Positions 62,099 to 64,000 of a DNA stretch of 64,000 bases are shown one piece after another (position 1 is the first letter of the stretch; every line of letters begins with the position of its first letter). Position numbers and translations under genes: made by a program. Location of the stretch: assembly GCA_023426505.1 (NCBI GenBank), contig JAFAAP010000145.1, forward strand, positions 3,970 through 67,969. Direction: 5' to 3'. Under the pieces are notes generated by a model, which did no database searches, was not told the origin of the DNA, and saw only the letters and a list, made by a program, of their open reading frames with translations. The stretch comes from Pseudomonadota bacterium (lineage in GTDB: Bacteria; Pseudomonadota; Alphaproteobacteria; Rhizobiales; Beijerinckiaceae).

Positions 62099-63088
62099 TC
62101 ACTTTACCTTGAGCGCCGGCTGGCCTTGACCGGTCGCAGGGACGCGCCAGCGGCGGTGCATCCAGAGCCATTGCTCCGGATGTTCGCGCACCCAGCTCTC
62201 GACCACCGACGTCATCTCCTGCATCGCTCCTTGAACGTCGATCTGGCCATCCGGATCCCGCGGCAGGTTGAGGGGCGGCGTGAGCTGGAGCCGGAACCGG
62301 TGATTCGGCAGCCGGATCACCCGCACCCCGTGGACCGGGCAGTCGAAGCGGCGCGCGAACTTGCCGAGGATCGGGTTCACGAGGGCCGGGCGTCCCATGA
62401 AGTTGACCACGACACCGCGGGTGAAATGCTGGTCGATGAGCATGCCCAGATGCCCGCCCTTCTCCAGCGCGCCCTGCATGGCGAAGGCCGCTCCCTGGCG
62501 GGCGGCCTCGAGCCCGCCCCTGGTCTCGCTGCGGATCTCGTGCAGGACCCGGGCCACGGCCGGATCGTTGGGAGCGCGGAAGACCGCCGTCGTGTCGAGC
62601 CCGAACCGGGCCGCGCAGATCGCCGGCAGCTCCCAGTTGGCGAGATGGGCCGAGAAGATGATGCCGGGCCGGCCGTCGTCGCGCAGGGCCAGGAAGTGGT
62701 CGATGCCGTCCACCTCGGTGCGGCCCGGCGCGGAGCTGTCGGGATCGAAGTCGAAAAGCCGGCCGAGATGCGGGTACTCGCCCCCGACGCGCCCCAGATT
62801 GTCCCAGGCGGAGAGCGCCAGCGCCTTCACGTCCTTCTCGGGCATGTCCGGATAGACCGCCCGGATGTTGGACAGCGCCGTCCTGTGCGCCGGAAGCCAC
62901 GGCCCGATCGTGCGGGTGAGCGCCGCCCCGACCGCGGCCGAGCGCTCTGGGCCGAGGGCCCGCGCCAGGGCGAAGACGCCGCGCACGACCCCGACCATGA
63001 GGGTTTCGGTCAGGCGCGAGACGAGGCTGCGGGGACGTTTGGAAGCGTGAACCACGAAATCGATCCTGGCGTGGGAAGCCTTTTGCAA
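62099..63088 (-). CDS. lpxXL: Lipid A late acyltransferase of the LpxL/HtrB family; by synteny probably the very-long-chain acyltransferase LpxXL
   Basis: ...IIFSAHLANWELPA (H-x4-E/D-type acyltransferase motif) ... EHPEQWLWMHRRW C-terminus. It lies immediately downstream of a Zn-ADH, as in the rhizobial acpXL-...-adhA2XL-lpxXL cluster. Confidence 0.7.
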   Translation of the reverse strand: MQKASHARIDFVVHASKRPRSLVSRLTETLMVGVVRGVFALARALGPERSAAVGAALTRTIGPWLPAHRTALSNIRAVYPDMPEKDVKALALSAWDNLGRVGGEYPHLGRLFDFDPDSSAPGRTEVDGIDHFLALRDDGRPGIIFSAHLANWELPAICAARFGLDTTAVFRAPNDPAVARVLHEIRSETRGGLEAARQGAAFAMQGALEKGGHLGMLIDQHFTRGVVVNFMGRPALVNPILGKFARRFDCPVHGVRVIRLPNHRFRLQLTPPLNLPRDPDGQIDVQGAMQEMTSVVESWVREHPEQWLWMHRRWRVPATGQGQPALKVK

Positions 63089-63164
63089 CGGGAGACGGGT
63101 CTTTTTCGCGACTCGTCCCCGCCGTCAAGGCCCGCCCGCGCGGCGGCGTGTCGTTCGGACGATG

Positions 63165-64000
63165 TCAGAACGTGATGACGACCTTGCCGAAGACCTTGCG
63201 GCCCTCGAGCCGTTCCAGACCTTGTCGGAACTCGTCGAGCGGGAAGACGGCATCGATCACCGGGGTCATGCCCTGGGCCATCTTGTCGAGCGACTGGGAG
63301 ATGTTCTCGATCCGGCAGCCGAAGGAGCCGAAGATCCGGTACTGCTGCTGGAAGAGCTGCATCAGGTTCATGGTGGTGGAGACGCCCGAGGTCGAGCCGC
63401 AGGTGACGAGGCGCCCGCCGCGCTTGAGGCAGAGGAGGGAGCCGTTCCAGGTGTCGGCGCCCACATGCTCGAACACCACGTCGACCCCTTTGCGCTTAGT
63501 GAGGCGGCGGACCTCGCCCTCGAAGCGCTCGGTGCGGTAGTTGATGACGTGATCGGCGCCGAGCGCCTTCGCCTTCTCGCCCTTCTCGTCGTCGCCGACC
63601 GTCGTGTAGACCGTGCAGCCGATCGCCTTGGCCATCTTGATCGCGGCCGTGCCGATGCCCGATCCCCCGGCATGGACCAGGATCGACTCGCCGGGCTCGA
63701 GCTTCGCGTTGTCGAACAGCATGTGCTGCACGGTGCCGAAGCCGATCGGCGCGCAGGCCGCCTGCTCGAAGGTGACGCCTTTCGGCACCGGGATCACGAG
63801 GCGCTCGGGCCGGTTGATGAATTCGCGGGCGAAGCCGTCGATGTGGAAGCCCATGATGCCGGCGACGTTCTCGCAGAGATTGTCCCAGCCCTTCCGGCAG
63901 GCGCCGCAGTGGCCGCAGGTCTCGGCCCCGTACATCGTGACCGGATCGCCCGCCTTGAACCGGGTCACGCCTTCGCCGACCGCCGCGACCTCGCCGGACG
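63165..64000 (-). CDS. Zinc-type medium-chain alcohol dehydrogenase (adhA2XL-like); 5' end outside window
   Basis: ...GEVAAVGEGVTRFKAGDPV...CGHCGACRKGWDNLC...VHAGGSGIGTAAIKMAK. The reading frame stays open to the window edge. Confidence 0.85.
   Translation of the reverse strand, partial: SGEVAAVGEGVTRFKAGDPVTMYGAETCGHCGACRKGWDNLCENVAGIMGFHIDGFAREFINRPERLVIPVPKGVTFEQAACAPIGFGTVQHMLFDNAKLEPGESILVHAGGSGIGTAAIKMAKAIGCTVYTTVGDDEKGEKAKALGADHVINYRTERFEGEVRRLTKRKGVDVVFEHVGADTWNGSLLCLKRGGRLVTCGSTSGVSTTMNLMQLFQQQYRIFGSFGCRIENISQSLDKMAQGMTPVIDAVFPLDEFRQGLERLEGRKVFGKVVITF

Overview
High-GC (judged by eye, not computed) chromosomal segment that looks alphaproteobacterial, probably Hyphomicrobiales/Rhizobiales-like. 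This is inferred from the adhA2XL-lpxXL-type lipid A gene pair, a giant NAD-glutamate dehydrogenase, IalB, and EcfG-type GGAAC-N16/17-CGTT promoters. I support about 60 protein-coding genes, mostly housekeeping, envelope, stress and small-molecule metabolism. I recognised no rRNA, tRNA, CRISPR array, transposase, integrase or phage genes, so this reads as core or mildly accessory chromosome rather than an island. Many long ORFs in the track are antisense or alternate-frame artefacts of high GC; I called the frame with recognisable family signatures. The items most worth a second look are: (1) a tight type III PKS - ICMT-type methyltransferase - DHA2 exporter operon (25.4-28.5 kb); (2) an unassigned, terminator-capped structured RNA candidate between gdhZ and a DUF2794 gene (38.2-38.36 kb); (3) an AI-2E transporter fused to cytoplasmic sensory domains including GAF; (4) a leaderless cadherin + 6-7-blade PD40 propeller protein; (5) an orphan HerA/FtsK-type ATPase with a C-terminal extension; (6) two divergent EcfG-type promoters driving a small general-stress cluster; (7) an AAC(3)-I-like acetyltransferase divergent from a TetR-HlyD-ABC2 operon with a perfect 24-bp palindrome; (8) a TPM-domain gene whose signal-peptide region has no in-frame canonical start. 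Nothing here can be shown from sequence alone to be a new system. All family assignments come from reading the translations and remembered motifs, not from database searches.
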